Below are positions 9,613 through 22,469 of a DNA stretch of 64,000 nucleotides, one piece after another. The notes under the pieces are model-generated. The model was not told where the DNA came from. It ran no database searches and was given only the letters and a program-made list of their open reading frames with translations. Source of the stretch: an uncultured Chloroflexia bacterium (GTDB lineage: Bacteria > Chloroflexota > Limnocylindria > Limnocylindrales > CSP1-4). The stretch lies in NCBI GenBank assembly GCA_963809215.1, contig CAWEIJ010000002.1, positions 1,492,201 to 1,556,200 of the forward strand, written 5' to 3'. The position numbers were made by a program, and so were the translations under genes. Numbering within the stretch: position 1 is the stretch's first letter; the number at the start of each line of letters is the position of its first letter.

Positions 9613-11022
9613 TCAGGCGTCGCCGGCGACCGGCTCCGCGTCGCGCATGACCTCGACGTCGCCGATCCCGGCCTTCTCCAGGTCGGACCCGACAGCGTCC
9701 GCGTCGCCGACGAGGACGACCGCGAGCCGTTCGAGGTGGAGATGGGCTCGGGCAGCCGTGAGCACGTCGCCGGCCGCCACGGCGTCGATCGCGGGCCGGT
9801 AACGGTCCAGCTCGTCCTCCGGGAGCCCGAACGTCACGATGCCGCCGAGCGCGGCAACGATCGGCCCGGGGGTCTCGAAGCGGAGCGGGAACACGCCCAC
9901 CAGGTAGTCGCGGGCAGCGCGCATCTCCGCGTCGGTCGGCGCGGACTCGCGCATGCGCCGCAGCTCGGCGAGGAGGTCGACCAGCGCGGGGACCGTGGCG
10001 TCCGTGTTGACCGCCGCGCGCGCCGAGAAGGGTCCTGGGTAGCGCCGGAAGTCGAAGCCCGCCCCCGCTCCATACGTGTAGCCCTTCTCTTCACGCAGCT
10101 TCATGTTCAGCCGGGAGTTGAAGAGCCCACCCAGGATCATCGCCATCACGGTGACCGCGTGGTAGTCCCGTGTCCGGCGAGGCAGGCCGAGGTGGCCGAC
10201 GCGGAGCTCGGACTGGACCGCGCCCGGCCGGTGAACGAGGCGGACCCGCGTGCGGTCCAGGCCGTCGACGATCACGGGCTCGCCCGCCGACGAATTGGCT
10301 GGCGCCGCACCGGCCGCCAGGTCGCCGAACAGCGGCTCGACGAGCCCGGCGACATCGATCCCCGTGAGGTCGCCGCCGACGATGAGGGCGGCGCGGCCGG
10401 GATCCCCACGTCGCGCGTAGGCACCTCTGAGGATGTCCGCATCGAGCGTCTCGACGGTCTCCCGGCGACCCCCGGCGAGCCGGGCGTACGGCGTCGAGGC
10501 CGAGTAGATGGTCTCGATGAACGCCTCCTCGGCACGCCGCGCCGGGTCGACCTTTGCCTGGAGCAGATCGTTCAGGCGCTGATCCCGAAGCCTGTCCACC
10601 TCGCGCGCGGGAAACGCGGGTTCGCGGACGATCTCCGCGAGCAGCTCGAGCGCCGGCCCGAGCCGCTCGGCGGGCACGTCGACCCCGACGACCGTCGAAT
10701 CCCATCCAGCTTCTGCTCGCAGCGAGGCACCCAGGCGCTCGGCCGCCTCGGTCAGCGCGACCGCGTCCCGCCGGAGCGTGCCCTCGGTGAGGGCGCGGGC
10801 CGCGAGCACCGTCGCCCCTCCTTCGCCGGCGGGCTCGTCGACCGCGCCGTTCGGGAGATAGAGGCTGGCGGACACCAGGGGCCGACCCGGGAGGTGGACC
10901 GTGATGAGCGGCAGGCCGCCGGCCAGCTGTCCGCGGGTTGCCGCGGGGAACGTGAACGGCCGCGGCGTGCCCGGGACGGGCCGCACGCCGAGAGCTGCCT
11001 CGACCGGGTCGGAGAGGTTCAT
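9613..11022 (-). CDS. M16-family (pitrilysin-like) peptidase, non-catalytic partner subunit
   Basis: 469-aa ORF with ATGA overlap to the upstream M16 gene. It has M16 two-domain length and pattern but no HxxEH zinc motif. Confidence 0.75.
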   Translation of the reverse strand: MNLSDPVEAALGVRPVPGTPRPFTFPAATRGQLAGGLPLITVHLPGRPLVSASLYLPNGAVDEPAGEGGATVLAARALTEGTLRRDAVALTEAAERLGASLRAEAGWDSTVVGVDVPAERLGPALELLAEIVREPAFPAREVDRLRDQRLNDLLQAKVDPARRAEEAFIETIYSASTPYARLAGGRRETVETLDADILRGAYARRGDPGRAALIVGGDLTGIDVAGLVEPLFGDLAAGAAPANSSAGEPVIVDGLDRTRVRLVHRPGAVQSELRVGHLGLPRRTRDYHAVTVMAMILGGLFNSRLNMKLREEKGYTYGAGAGFDFRRYPGPFSARAAVNTDATVPALVDLLAELRRMRESAPTDAEMRAARDYLVGVFPLRFETPGPIVAALGGIVTFGLPEDELDRYRPAIDAVAAGDVLTAARAHLHLERLAVVLVGDADAVGSDLEKAGIGDVEVMRDAEPVAGDA

Positions 11023-12320
11023 GCCGCCTCCGCGGACTGGGTTCCGGCATCGGCCGGAACGTACGTCAGGACCACGCGGTTCGCGGCGACCAGGACCTCG
11101 GCGCAGGCCGCGCGGACGTCCTCTCCGGTGACCGCGAGGTACCGCTCGAGCTGGCGGTTGACCTCGTCCGGGTCGTCGAGCAGCGTCGCGTACATGCTCA
11201 GCCGGTCCGCCCGCTCGGAGACCCGCTGGAGCGCCGCAAGCTCGTCGGTCTCGATGAGGGCCTTCGCGCGCGCGAGCTCGTCGGCGCTGACGGGATCGAC
11301 ACCGATCCGCGCCAGCTCGTCCAGGAGCGCGGCCTCGACCGCCTCGACGGTGGAATCCGGGCGGACCGTGGCCCAGCCCATGAACACCGATGGGCCCGAC
11401 GAGAACCCGAGGCCGAACATCGCCACGTCCTGCGCGATCTGCTCGTCGCGCACCAGCCGCCGGTGCATCCGGCTGCCCTTCCCGCCGGTCAGCACCTGCG
11501 CAGCGATCTCGAGCGCGTACAGGCGCCGGTCGCCGATCCGGGGGGCGCGGAAGCCGACGTAGATCCGCGGCAGGGGGACCCGGTCCGGGACGGTCTCTCG
11601 CAGCTCACCGCCGAGCGTCAACGGCAGCGGGTCGGGATTGAACACGGGAATCGCGGGGTTGGGCGCGAGCGGTCCGAAGTACCGGCTGACCCAGGCACGA
11701 GCCTGGCCAGGTTCCACGTCGCCGACGATCGAGAGCACCGCATTGTTCGGCGCGTAGTACGTCCGGAAGAATGCCGCAACGTCCTCGAGCGAGGCCGCGT
11801 CGAGGTCCTCCATCGAGCCGATCGTCGGGTGATGGTAGGGGTGGCCCTCGGGGTAGATGTGCCCGAGGAGCTTCTCCTGCCACGTGCCGTACGGCTGGTT
11901 GTCATAGCTCGCGCGCTTCTCGTTCTTGACCACGGCGCGCTGGTTGTCGAGGTTCTCCTGGCTGAGCGCATCGAGGAGCGTCCCCATCCGATCTGCCTCG
12001 AGCCACAGCGCAAGCTCCAGCTGGTGGGATGGCATCGTCTCGAAGTAGTTGGTCCGGTCCAGCCACGTGGTCCCGTTCATGCTTCCGCCGGCGGCCTGGA
12101 CCAGCGCGATGTGCTCCGCCTTCGCCACATGTCGGCTGCCCTGGAACATGACGTGCTCGAAGAGGTGGGCGAAGCCGGTCTTGCCCGGCTGCTCGTGCTT
12201 GCTGCCCACGTCGTACCAGATGTTGACCGCCACGACGGGAACCAGGTGGTCCTCGCTGATCACGAGGCGCAGCCCGTTCGGCAGGCGCTCGTCGGTGAAG
12301 CGGACGGTCGGCACGGTCAT
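11019..12320 (-). CDS. M16-family zinc peptidase, catalytic subunit
   Basis: ATG at 12320 (MTVPTVRF...). Has the inverted zinc motif HLFEH plus the downstream E (GFAHLFEHVMFQGS...NGTTWLDRTNYFE). The track ORF start at 13175 is upstream read-through. Confidence 0.85.
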   Translation of the reverse strand: MTVPTVRFTDERLPNGLRLVISEDHLVPVVAVNIWYDVGSKHEQPGKTGFAHLFEHVMFQGSRHVAKAEHIALVQAAGGSMNGTTWLDRTNYFETMPSHQLELALWLEADRMGTLLDALSQENLDNQRAVVKNEKRASYDNQPYGTWQEKLLGHIYPEGHPYHHPTIGSMEDLDAASLEDVAAFFRTYYAPNNAVLSIVGDVEPGQARAWVSRYFGPLAPNPAIPVFNPDPLPLTLGGELRETVPDRVPLPRIYVGFRAPRIGDRRLYALEIAAQVLTGGKGSRMHRRLVRDEQIAQDVAMFGLGFSSGPSVFMGWATVRPDSTVEAVEAALLDELARIGVDPVSADELARAKALIETDELAALQRVSERADRLSMYATLLDDPDEVNRQLERYLAVTGEDVRAACAEVLVAANRVVLTYVPADAGTQSAEAA

Positions 12321-12433
12321 GCGGGACCTCGTGGAGATGGCGGATGGGTGCGAGCGGACGTCGTCCGATTGTACGGGCGACGCTGCGTCGTGCGGCCTCG
12401 CCGGTGCGGATCCGCGCGCTGCGATTCGCCCTC

Positions 12434-12475
12434 TTGACAGCGAGGGCGGGTGTGTTAGATAGTCGTCTAACACAC
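12434..12475 (+). promoter_or_regulatory. sigma70-like promoter (TTGACA-16 nt-TAGATA) overlapped by a perfect 10-6-10 inverted repeat, candidate ArsR operator
   Basis: TTGACA at 12434-12439 and TAGATA at 12456-12461. GTGTGTTAGA (12450-12459) and TCTAACACAC (12466-12475) are exact reverse complements. GGGAG SD at 12476-12480 and ATG at 12495. Confidence 0.6.
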
Positions 12476-12494
12476 GGGAGATCAATAGACCACG

Positions 12495-13608
12495 ATGACC
12501 GGATCCACGAGCCGCATGTCCACGATCCGGCGTCCGGGCGTCCTGGTGCGCGAGATGTCGCCACGAGGCGGCGCGACACGCCCCGAGGTCATCCTCGAGG
12601 CGCGGCCCGCGCTCGACTTCCTCATCAGCCTCGTCGGTGACACCGAGCCCGAGCTTCTCCCCGACGACGCCGCATGGCGCGCAGCCGCAAACGAGTCCCT
12701 GTCGGCCCCGCTCCGGCGCGACCGGCAGCGCGTCTTCGAGCATCACGAGGCGGCGACCGGGCTGGCCGGTTGGGCACTGATCCCCCTCGTCGTGGCGAAC
12801 CGTGACGTGCGGACGGCCGCCGACGTGGTCACGTTGGCCGGGACGGTCATCCCGCGGGACCTGATCGCCTCGGCATGCGACGACGAGGAGCTGGTCGGGA
12901 CCCGGGCGCTGGCCGAGCGCTACTTCAGCGGGGAGACGGGGCTGCGCGACGAGGTCGTGGCCAGCGCCCCCGAGGAGCTCCGCGGGTCTCTCGACCGGCT
13001 CCTCCGCGAGCCAGAGACCGAGCTCCGGGCGCTCCGCCGGGTGCTGCGCGCGTGGGAGGAGCGCTTTGCAACCCTCGAGGCGCGCGTCGCAGCGATGCAG
13101 GAGCGCGACGTCGCGGCACGGCGCGCCGATCTCGAGCGCCTGCCGCTCGAGGAGTTCATCGAGCGAGCCACGCAACGGCGTCCGCTGGACGCCCGATGCG
13201 GCGATCCGGCGGGTCTACCTCGTGCCGAGCTACTTCGGGCGACCGTACAACTACATCTTCGCCGGTGACGGCTGGCACCTGTTCGCCTATCCGCTCGCGG
13301 AGACGGCCCTGGACGGAGACCCCGCCGGCGTGCCGCAGGCGACCGTTCGCCTCTTCAAGGCGCTCGGCGACGAGAGCCGGATGCGGATCCTGCGCTTCCT
13401 GGCGGACGGCGACCTCTACCTGACCGAGATCGCGGAACGGATGGGGCTCTCCAAGCCGACCGTCAAGCATCACGTTGCCCAGCTGCGAGCGGCCGGGCTC
13501 CTGACGATGACCGAGACCGGCGGCCTCACCTACTACAGCCTCCGACGGGACCGGCTGGCGGACGCGGGTCCAGATCTCGCACGGTACCTCGGCGCCACGA
13601 AGGGCTGA
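12495..13608 (+). pseudogene. ArsR-family winged-helix regulator with long N-terminal (DUF5937-like) domain, interrupted by a +1 frameshift near 13173-13176
   Basis: Frame of 12495 carries the N-terminal domain up to ...LEEFIERAT. Frame of 13066 continues GVRWTPDAAIRRVYLVPSYFGRPY... and ends in a classic ArsR wHTH (ESRMRILRFLADGDLYLTEIAERMGLSKPTVKHHVAQLRAAGLL). Removing one base joins them. Confidence 0.65.
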
Positions 13609-13671
13609 TGCGTGACTCCGGACAGACGCGCTGACGATCAGGTTTCGGTTCGCACGAGTTAGATGAACATC

Positions 13672-17563
<3,892 letters not shown>

Positions 17564-17578
17564 GGGCGGTCGGCGACG

Positions 17579-18769
17579 TCACCCGGCGCGGCCCGATCGG
17601 GCCCGGGCGGCGGCGACGAAGCGGTCGAAGACGGCGAGGGCGTCGAGCGGCCCGGGCGCGCCCTCGGGGTGGTACTGGACGGTCTCGATCGGCAGGGAGC
17701 GGTGGCGCAGCCCCTCGACCGAGCCGTCGTTGAGGTTCACCTGGCTGACAGCGAACCCGCCAGAGGCGGGCAGCGAGGGGCCATCGACCGTGACCTCGTG
17801 GTTCTGGGCGGTCACCTGGACGAGCCCCAGCTCGAGGTCCCTGACCGGGTGGTTCGCGCCGTGGTGGCCGAAGCGGAGGCGCCGCGTCTCGGCGCCCGCC
17901 GCCCGGGCCACGATCTGGTGGCCCAGGCAGATCCCGAGCAGCGGGCGGCCGTCGGCGATCAGCCGGCGTGCCAGCTCGACAGGCCCGTCGAGGCGGGCAG
18001 GGTCGCCAGGTCCGGGCGACAGCACGACGCCGTCGATGTCCGACGCGAGGAGCGTCGCTGCCGTCGCGGTGGACGGAAGGATGCGAACCCGCGCTCCTCG
18101 CCGGCGAAGGCTCCGCACGATGTTCGCCTTGAGGCCGTAGTCGACGATCGCGACGAGCGGGGCATCCGGCTCCGCCGTGCGGTCCCCGACCTCGACCACG
18201 TCCGTCGGCGAGACCTGCCCGACGAAGTCCTGGTCCTCCCAGCGGGCGATCGCCCGGGCTGCCGCCACGGCCGCCTCCGGATCCGTCTGGCCCGGGGCGG
18301 TCAGGATCCCGCGGAGGCTGCCGTTCGCTCGAAGGTGGCGTGCGAGCGAGCGCGTGTCCACTCCGGCGATCGCGGGGATCCCCGCGTCGCGCAGGAGGGT
18401 GGCAAGCTGGCGGGCGTCGTCCATGACGGCCGCCGTCGCCGTGGCCACGACGAGACCCCGGAGCCATGGCCGCTCCGACTGGTCGTCGCCGCGAAGGCGC
18501 CCGTAGTTGCCGATCAGCGGGTAGGTCATCACGACCACCTGGCCGGCGTACGACGGGTCGGTGCAGACCTCCTGGTAGCCGGTCTGGCTCGTGTTGACCA
18601 CGAGGTCCCCGCCGGCGGCGACGTCCGCACCGAAGGCGATCCCCGCGAACACGGCGCCATCCTCGAGCGCGAGGAGCGCCCGGCCACGTGCGCCGATCCG
18701 CCGGTCGACGATCACGTCCGGATCGGGCGACGGCGGGACGGGCGGGTTCGTCCGGTCGCTGCCCCTCAT
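17579..18769 (-). CDS. carA: carbamoyl-phosphate synthase small (glutamine amidotransferase) subunit
   Basis: Has LALEDGAVFAGIAFGA...VVNTSQTGYQEVCTDPSYAGQVVVMTYPLIGNYG and the GATase triad region (LGICLGHQ). ATG at 18769, with an alternative GTG 17 codons downstream. Lies 15 nt upstream of carB. Confidence 0.9.
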   Translation of the reverse strand: MRGSDRTNPPVPPSPDPDVIVDRRIGARGRALLALEDGAVFAGIAFGADVAAGGDLVVNTSQTGYQEVCTDPSYAGQVVVMTYPLIGNYGRLRGDDQSERPWLRGLVVATATAAVMDDARQLATLLRDAGIPAIAGVDTRSLARHLRANGSLRGILTAPGQTDPEAAVAAARAIARWEDQDFVGQVSPTDVVEVGDRTAEPDAPLVAIVDYGLKANIVRSLRRRGARVRILPSTATAATLLASDIDGVVLSPGPGDPARLDGPVELARRLIADGRPLLGICLGHQIVARAAGAETRRLRFGHHGANHPVRDLELGLVQVTAQNHEVTVDGPSLPASGGFAVSQVNLNDGSVEGLRHRSLPIETVQYHPEGAPGPLDALAVFDRFVAAARARSGRAG

Positions 18770-18886
18770 CGGACCCCGGACACGAAAACGCCACCGGCCC
18801 CGACGGCGCGGCGGACGTGGCTCCACGACTGCACGATGCCTCCCTTCCGGCCTCTCAGGACCGGTACGCCGGCCTCACGGGACCGG
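18766..18886 (-). promoter_or_regulatory. carA leader: two tandem CCGGUCCYGWGAGGCCGG hairpin elements (PyrR-box-like), GGAAGGGAGG SD and a 22-codon uORF ending in ATGA overlap with carA
   Basis: Minus-strand copies at 18886-18869 (CCGGTCCCGTGAGGCCGG) and 18864-18847 (CCGGTCCTGAGAGGCCGG). SD at 18848-18839, GTG at 18834, and uORF stop at 18768-18766 overlapping the carA ATG at 18769-18767. Confidence 0.35.
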
Positions 18887-19018
18887 CCGCAAAGGACGGC
18901 CGAAGGGTAGCACGGGAACGTCGCGGAGCCGGGTGCCGCGTCGGGCGGGGGCTCGGGCCGGCTGGCGCGTCGAGCCGGCTGGCGCATCGGGCGGGCGGCG
19001 ATCCGCGTGCCGCGCCTG

Positions 19019-19477
19019 CTAGCCACCCGCCTTGTATGGGTAGGTCACCCAGCCGTCCGCCAGCGCGGCGTAGTGATCCGGCGTGAGCGCGACGCGCGAC
19101 CGGCCTGGCTTGTAGTGGACCACGGCCGTCGTGACGATCCCGCCGGCATCGCGGACCCGCCGCACGACCTCCGCCATGGTCTCGCCCGTCTCCCAGACCT
19201 CGTCGATCACGAGGACCCGCAGGCCACGGAGGAGCTCCGCAGCCGGGAAGTGCGTCACGAGCGGCGCGGGATGTGTCCCGCCGCCGTCGCGATAGAACTC
19301 CACGCCCGCGACCAGGATCTCGCGAAGGTCGAGCCGGTAGCCCAGCATCCCGGCCGGGACGAGCCCACCGCGGGTGATCGCCAGCACGAGGTCGTACTGT
19401 CTGCCGATCGCCTCCGCAAGACGGGTCACGAGACGGTCGAGCTCACCCCACGTGACCTCGATCGGTTGGGCGTCCAG
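19019..19477 (-). CDS. gpt: xanthine-guanine phosphoribosyltransferase (Gpt-like)
   Basis: IEVTWGELDRLVTRLAEAI...LVLAITRGGLVPAGMLGYRL...VLVIDEVWETGETM follows the E. coli Gpt layout (IVTW...VSRGGLVP...DDLVDTGGT). The track starts at GTG 19429, but the conserved N-terminus lies upstream. The only in-frame start after the stop is CTG 19477, 6 nt after a GGAGG, which gives 152 aa. Confidence 0.75.
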   Translation of the reverse strand: MDAQPIEVTWGELDRLVTRLAEAIGRQYDLVLAITRGGLVPAGMLGYRLDLREILVAGVEFYRDGGGTHPAPLVTHFPAAELLRGLRVLVIDEVWETGETMAEVVRRVRDAGGIVTTAVVHYKPGRSRVALTPDHYAALADGWVTYPYKAGG

Positions 19478-19543
19478 GGTTCACCTCCGGGACGAACGCG
19501 CCCCTCACCGGCGAGCCGGGAGGGGCGCCTCGAACGCGTGATC

Positions 19544-19618
19544 TGGTGAGCCCGCAGAGATTCGAACTCTGAACCTAGGGATTAAGAGTCCCCCGCTCTA
19601 CCGTTGAGCTACGGGCCC
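19544..19618 (-). tRNA. tRNA-Lys (anticodon CUU), CCA encoded
   Basis: Manual cloverleaf: acceptor GGGCCCG/CGGGCTC, D arm GCTC..GAGC, anticodon stem GGGGA/TCCCT with loop CTCTTAA, T arm CAGAG-TTCGAAT-CTCTG, discriminator A then CCA. Confidence 0.9.
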
Positions 19619-19830
19619 GAGACGGCGGAGTCTAGCAAAGATGCCGGGGCGTCGTTGCCCTGGTGGGTCGTTTCCCTGGTGACGCCGACCATCCTGATCG
19701 ACACGTGGCGAGGCACGGCTGCTCCGCCGTTTCCACGCTCGCCTGCTCGCGGCGGGGACGGTCGAGCGCTATGCTCCGAGGCGAGTCGCCGTCGCAGCAG
19801 TGTGGCGCGAGGCGGCAGCCGGGAGTGACG

Positions 19831-20850
19831 ATGCGCCGGGGACGGCTCCTGTTCGCGCTGGTCGGCGTCGCGGTCTTCGGCGTCTCGCTCGGCGCCGGCG
19901 CGACGGTTGGATACGACCGCGCCCGCGGGTCCGGACCACCTGACGGGAGCGCGGCCGTCTCGATCGTCGATCCCGTCGTCGCGCGCGCCGGCACCCCAAC
20001 CCCGGGCGCGGTGCCGGCCACGCCGTCATCCGCTGCCTCGATCGCTCCGTCCAGCAGCCCGGCCGACGCGACGCCCGGCCCGGCCGCGTCGCCAGCTGGA
20101 AGGATGGTCGCGACCTGGCCGCTCGTCGCCGCCGATTCGCCCGGGCCGCCCTACGGGTTCGCGGTCCGCGTCCCTGTCCTGATGTACCACCGCGTCGCGC
20201 CGGCCGACCAGGTCGGCCTCTCGCTGCCGGGCCTCGTCGTCCCGCCGGACATGTTCGCCGCGCAGCTCGAGGCGCTCGTCGCGGCCGGATGGCGGTCGAT
20301 CACGGCAGCCGAGCTCGCCGCCGACCTTGCCGACGGCGTCGTGCCCCCGCCACGGACGTTCGTCATCACGTTCGACGACGGTCGTTCCGACGGCTACACG
20401 CAGGCCTTCCCGATCCTCCAGCGCCTGGATCTCGTGGCCACGTTCTACGTGATCACGGGGCGCATCAACACCGACTCGAGCTCGCTCTCCGCGAGCCAGC
20501 TCCGGCGCATGGCGGCGGCCGGGATGGAGATCGGGAGCCACACGGTGGGTCACGTCAGGCTGACCACGACGAGCCTGTCGAACGCGCTCGTCCAGCTCTC
20601 CGCCTCCGCCGCGAAGATCGCGGCGGTGACTGGGCAGCGCCCGACCACGTTCGCGTACCCGTTCGGCGGGGTGGACCCGCTCCGTGAGGACCTCGTCGGC
20701 GAGGCGGGCTACGCGATGGCGTTCACCGAGGCCGACGGGTGCTGGATGAGCTGGCCGACCAGGCTCGCGGCTCCGCGCGTCCGGGTCACCCCGTGGACGC
20801 TGCCGCAGGGCCTTCTCCACACGCTGGAGGTCTGCACGGGCGGCGCCTGA
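19831..20850 (+). CDS. polysaccharide deacetylase (NodB/CE4-like) family protein, secreted or membrane-anchored
   Basis: ATG at 19831 after GGGAG. Has an N-terminal hydrophobic segment (LLFALVGVAVFGVSLGAGA) and NodB-type blocks (VLMYHRV, FVITFDDGRSDGY, EIGSHTVGH). Confidence 0.8.
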   Translation: MRRGRLLFALVGVAVFGVSLGAGATVGYDRARGSGPPDGSAAVSIVDPVVARAGTPTPGAVPATPSSAASIAPSSSPADATPGPAASPAGRMVATWPLVAADSPGPPYGFAVRVPVLMYHRVAPADQVGLSLPGLVVPPDMFAAQLEALVAAGWRSITAAELAADLADGVVPPPRTFVITFDDGRSDGYTQAFPILQRLDLVATFYVITGRINTDSSSLSASQLRRMAAAGMEIGSHTVGHVRLTTTSLSNALVQLSASAAKIAAVTGQRPTTFAYPFGGVDPLREDLVGEAGYAMAFTEADGCWMSWPTRLAAPRVRVTPWTLPQGLLHTLEVCTGGA

Positions 20851-20893
20851 GCGCAACGCGACCGGCGAGGGGCGGCGGACCGCCACCGGACGA

Positions 20894-22469
20894 TCAGCCG
20901 GGCTGGTTGTCGATCTGGGCCCGCTGGAGCCGCCCGGAGAAGTCGACGTAGATCGACTTCCATTCTGTGAACGTGTCCAGCGCGGCATGCCCCGCCTCGC
21001 GGTGGCCGTTGCCGGTCTCCTTCCAGCCGCCGAATGGAAGGTGCGTCTCGGCGCCGATCGTGCCGGCGTTGACGTAGACGAGGCCCGGTCTCGAGGTCCC
21101 GCATCGCGCGGAACGCCGTGTTCACGTCGGTCGTGTAGATGGCCGACGAGAGGCCGTACCGCGTCTGGTTCACGGTCGTGATCGCGGCGGCGTAGTCCTC
21201 GACGGGGATCACCGAGAGGACCGGCCCGAAGATCTCCTCCTGGGCGATCCGCGCCATCGGAGGCACCTCGGTGAAGATCGTCGGCTCGAAGAAGACGCCG
21301 TCGTCGAGACCGGGCCCCGCCGCCGCGTGCCCGCCACAGACGAGCTCGCCCTCGCGGCGTCCGATCTCCACGTACTCCTCGACCTTTGCGCGGGCCCCCT
21401 CGTTGATGAGCGGTCCGACATCCGTCCCGGGATCGGCGCCGTCCCCGAGGCGCAGGGCGCGTGTTCGCGTCTCGAGCTTCTCGAGCAGCCGCGACGCCAC
21501 GGACCGCTCGACGACGACCCGGCTGCAGGCCGTGCAGCGCTGGCCCGTGGTCCCGAACGCCGACCAGATGATCCCGTCGACCGCGAGGTCCAGGTCCGCG
21601 TCCGCCAGGACGACGATCGCGTTCTTGCCGCCGAGCTCGAGCGCGACGCGCTTCAGGCGCCGGCCCGCGCGCTCGGCGATCCGGCGGCCAGTGGCCGATG
21701 AGCCGGTGAACGAGAGGACCGGCACGTCGGGCGAATCGACGATGGCATCGCCGACCTCGGCGCCGCTGCCCGTCACGAGGTTGATCACGCCGGCCGGGAC
21801 CCCGGCCTCGATCATCAGCTCCACGAGGAGCGTCGCGCAGTGCGGCGTGTCGGAGGCGGGCTTGAAGACGACCGTGTTCCCCGCGACGAGGGCGGGCATC
21901 GTCTTCCAGGCGGGGATCGCCATCGGGAAGTTCCAGGGCGTGATGATCCCGGCGATCCCGATGGGCTGGCGCACGCTCATCGCCCACTTGTCGGGCAGCT
22001 CCGAGGGCACGGTGTCGCCGAACATCCGGCGCCCCTCGCCGGCCATCAGCTCGGCGATGTCGATCGCCTCCTGGACGTCGCCGCGCGCCTCGGGAAGGAC
22101 CTTGCCCATCTCCCGGGTGAGCGCTCGCGCCAGTCGCTCCTTGTCACGCCGGAGGAGCCCCGCATACCGGAACAGGATCTCGCCGCGTCTCGGGGCGGGC
22201 GTGGCGCGCCAACCCGGCAGCGCAGCCTCGGCGGCCCGGACTGCCATCGCGACGTCCGCCGCGGTCCCGGCCTGGAACCGTCCCACGAGGTCGTGCCGGG
22301 TCGCGGGGTTGCGGCTCTCGAATGCGCGCCCGGAGGTCGACTCGATCCACTCCCCGGCGATGAAGTGGCGACCGGAGATCGGCCCGCCCGAGATCGGCCC
22401 GCCGGAGATCGGCCCGCCCGAGGACGCGCCGTCACCCGGGCCAACCGGTCCCGGTACGTCCTCAGACAC
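20894..22469 (-). pseudogene. NAD(P)-dependent aldehyde dehydrogenase, C-terminal about 64 codons displaced by one extra G in a GGG run (about 21084-21086)
   Basis: Main frame has typical ALDH blocks (ITPWNFP, FTGSSATG, ELGGKNA, catalytic GQRCTA, EEIFGPV) up to ...AMRDLETG. The +1 frame then reads [32 protein letters not shown]...[12 protein letters not shown] and stops at 20894. GTG 22469 overlaps the thiolase stop by 8 nt. Confidence 0.8.
22373..22422. repeat. 15-bp tandem repeat x3.3 (CSGAGATCGGCCCGC) encoding GGPIS-GGPIS-GGPIS at the aldehyde dehydrogenase N-terminus
   Basis: Read directly at 22373-22387, 22388-22402 and 22403-22417, plus a partial fourth unit. Confidence 0.9.

Noticed and set aside
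8809-11562. 917-aa plus-strand ORF
   Set aside because: It is antisense to the membrane protein and both M16 peptidase genes, with low-complexity Arg/Ser/Pro-rich translation.
18766-18834. Treating the SD-preceded GTG at 18834 as the true carA start
   Set aside because: It is in a different frame from carA, and its 22 codons show no CarA similarity. It is reported as a possible regulatory uORF instead.
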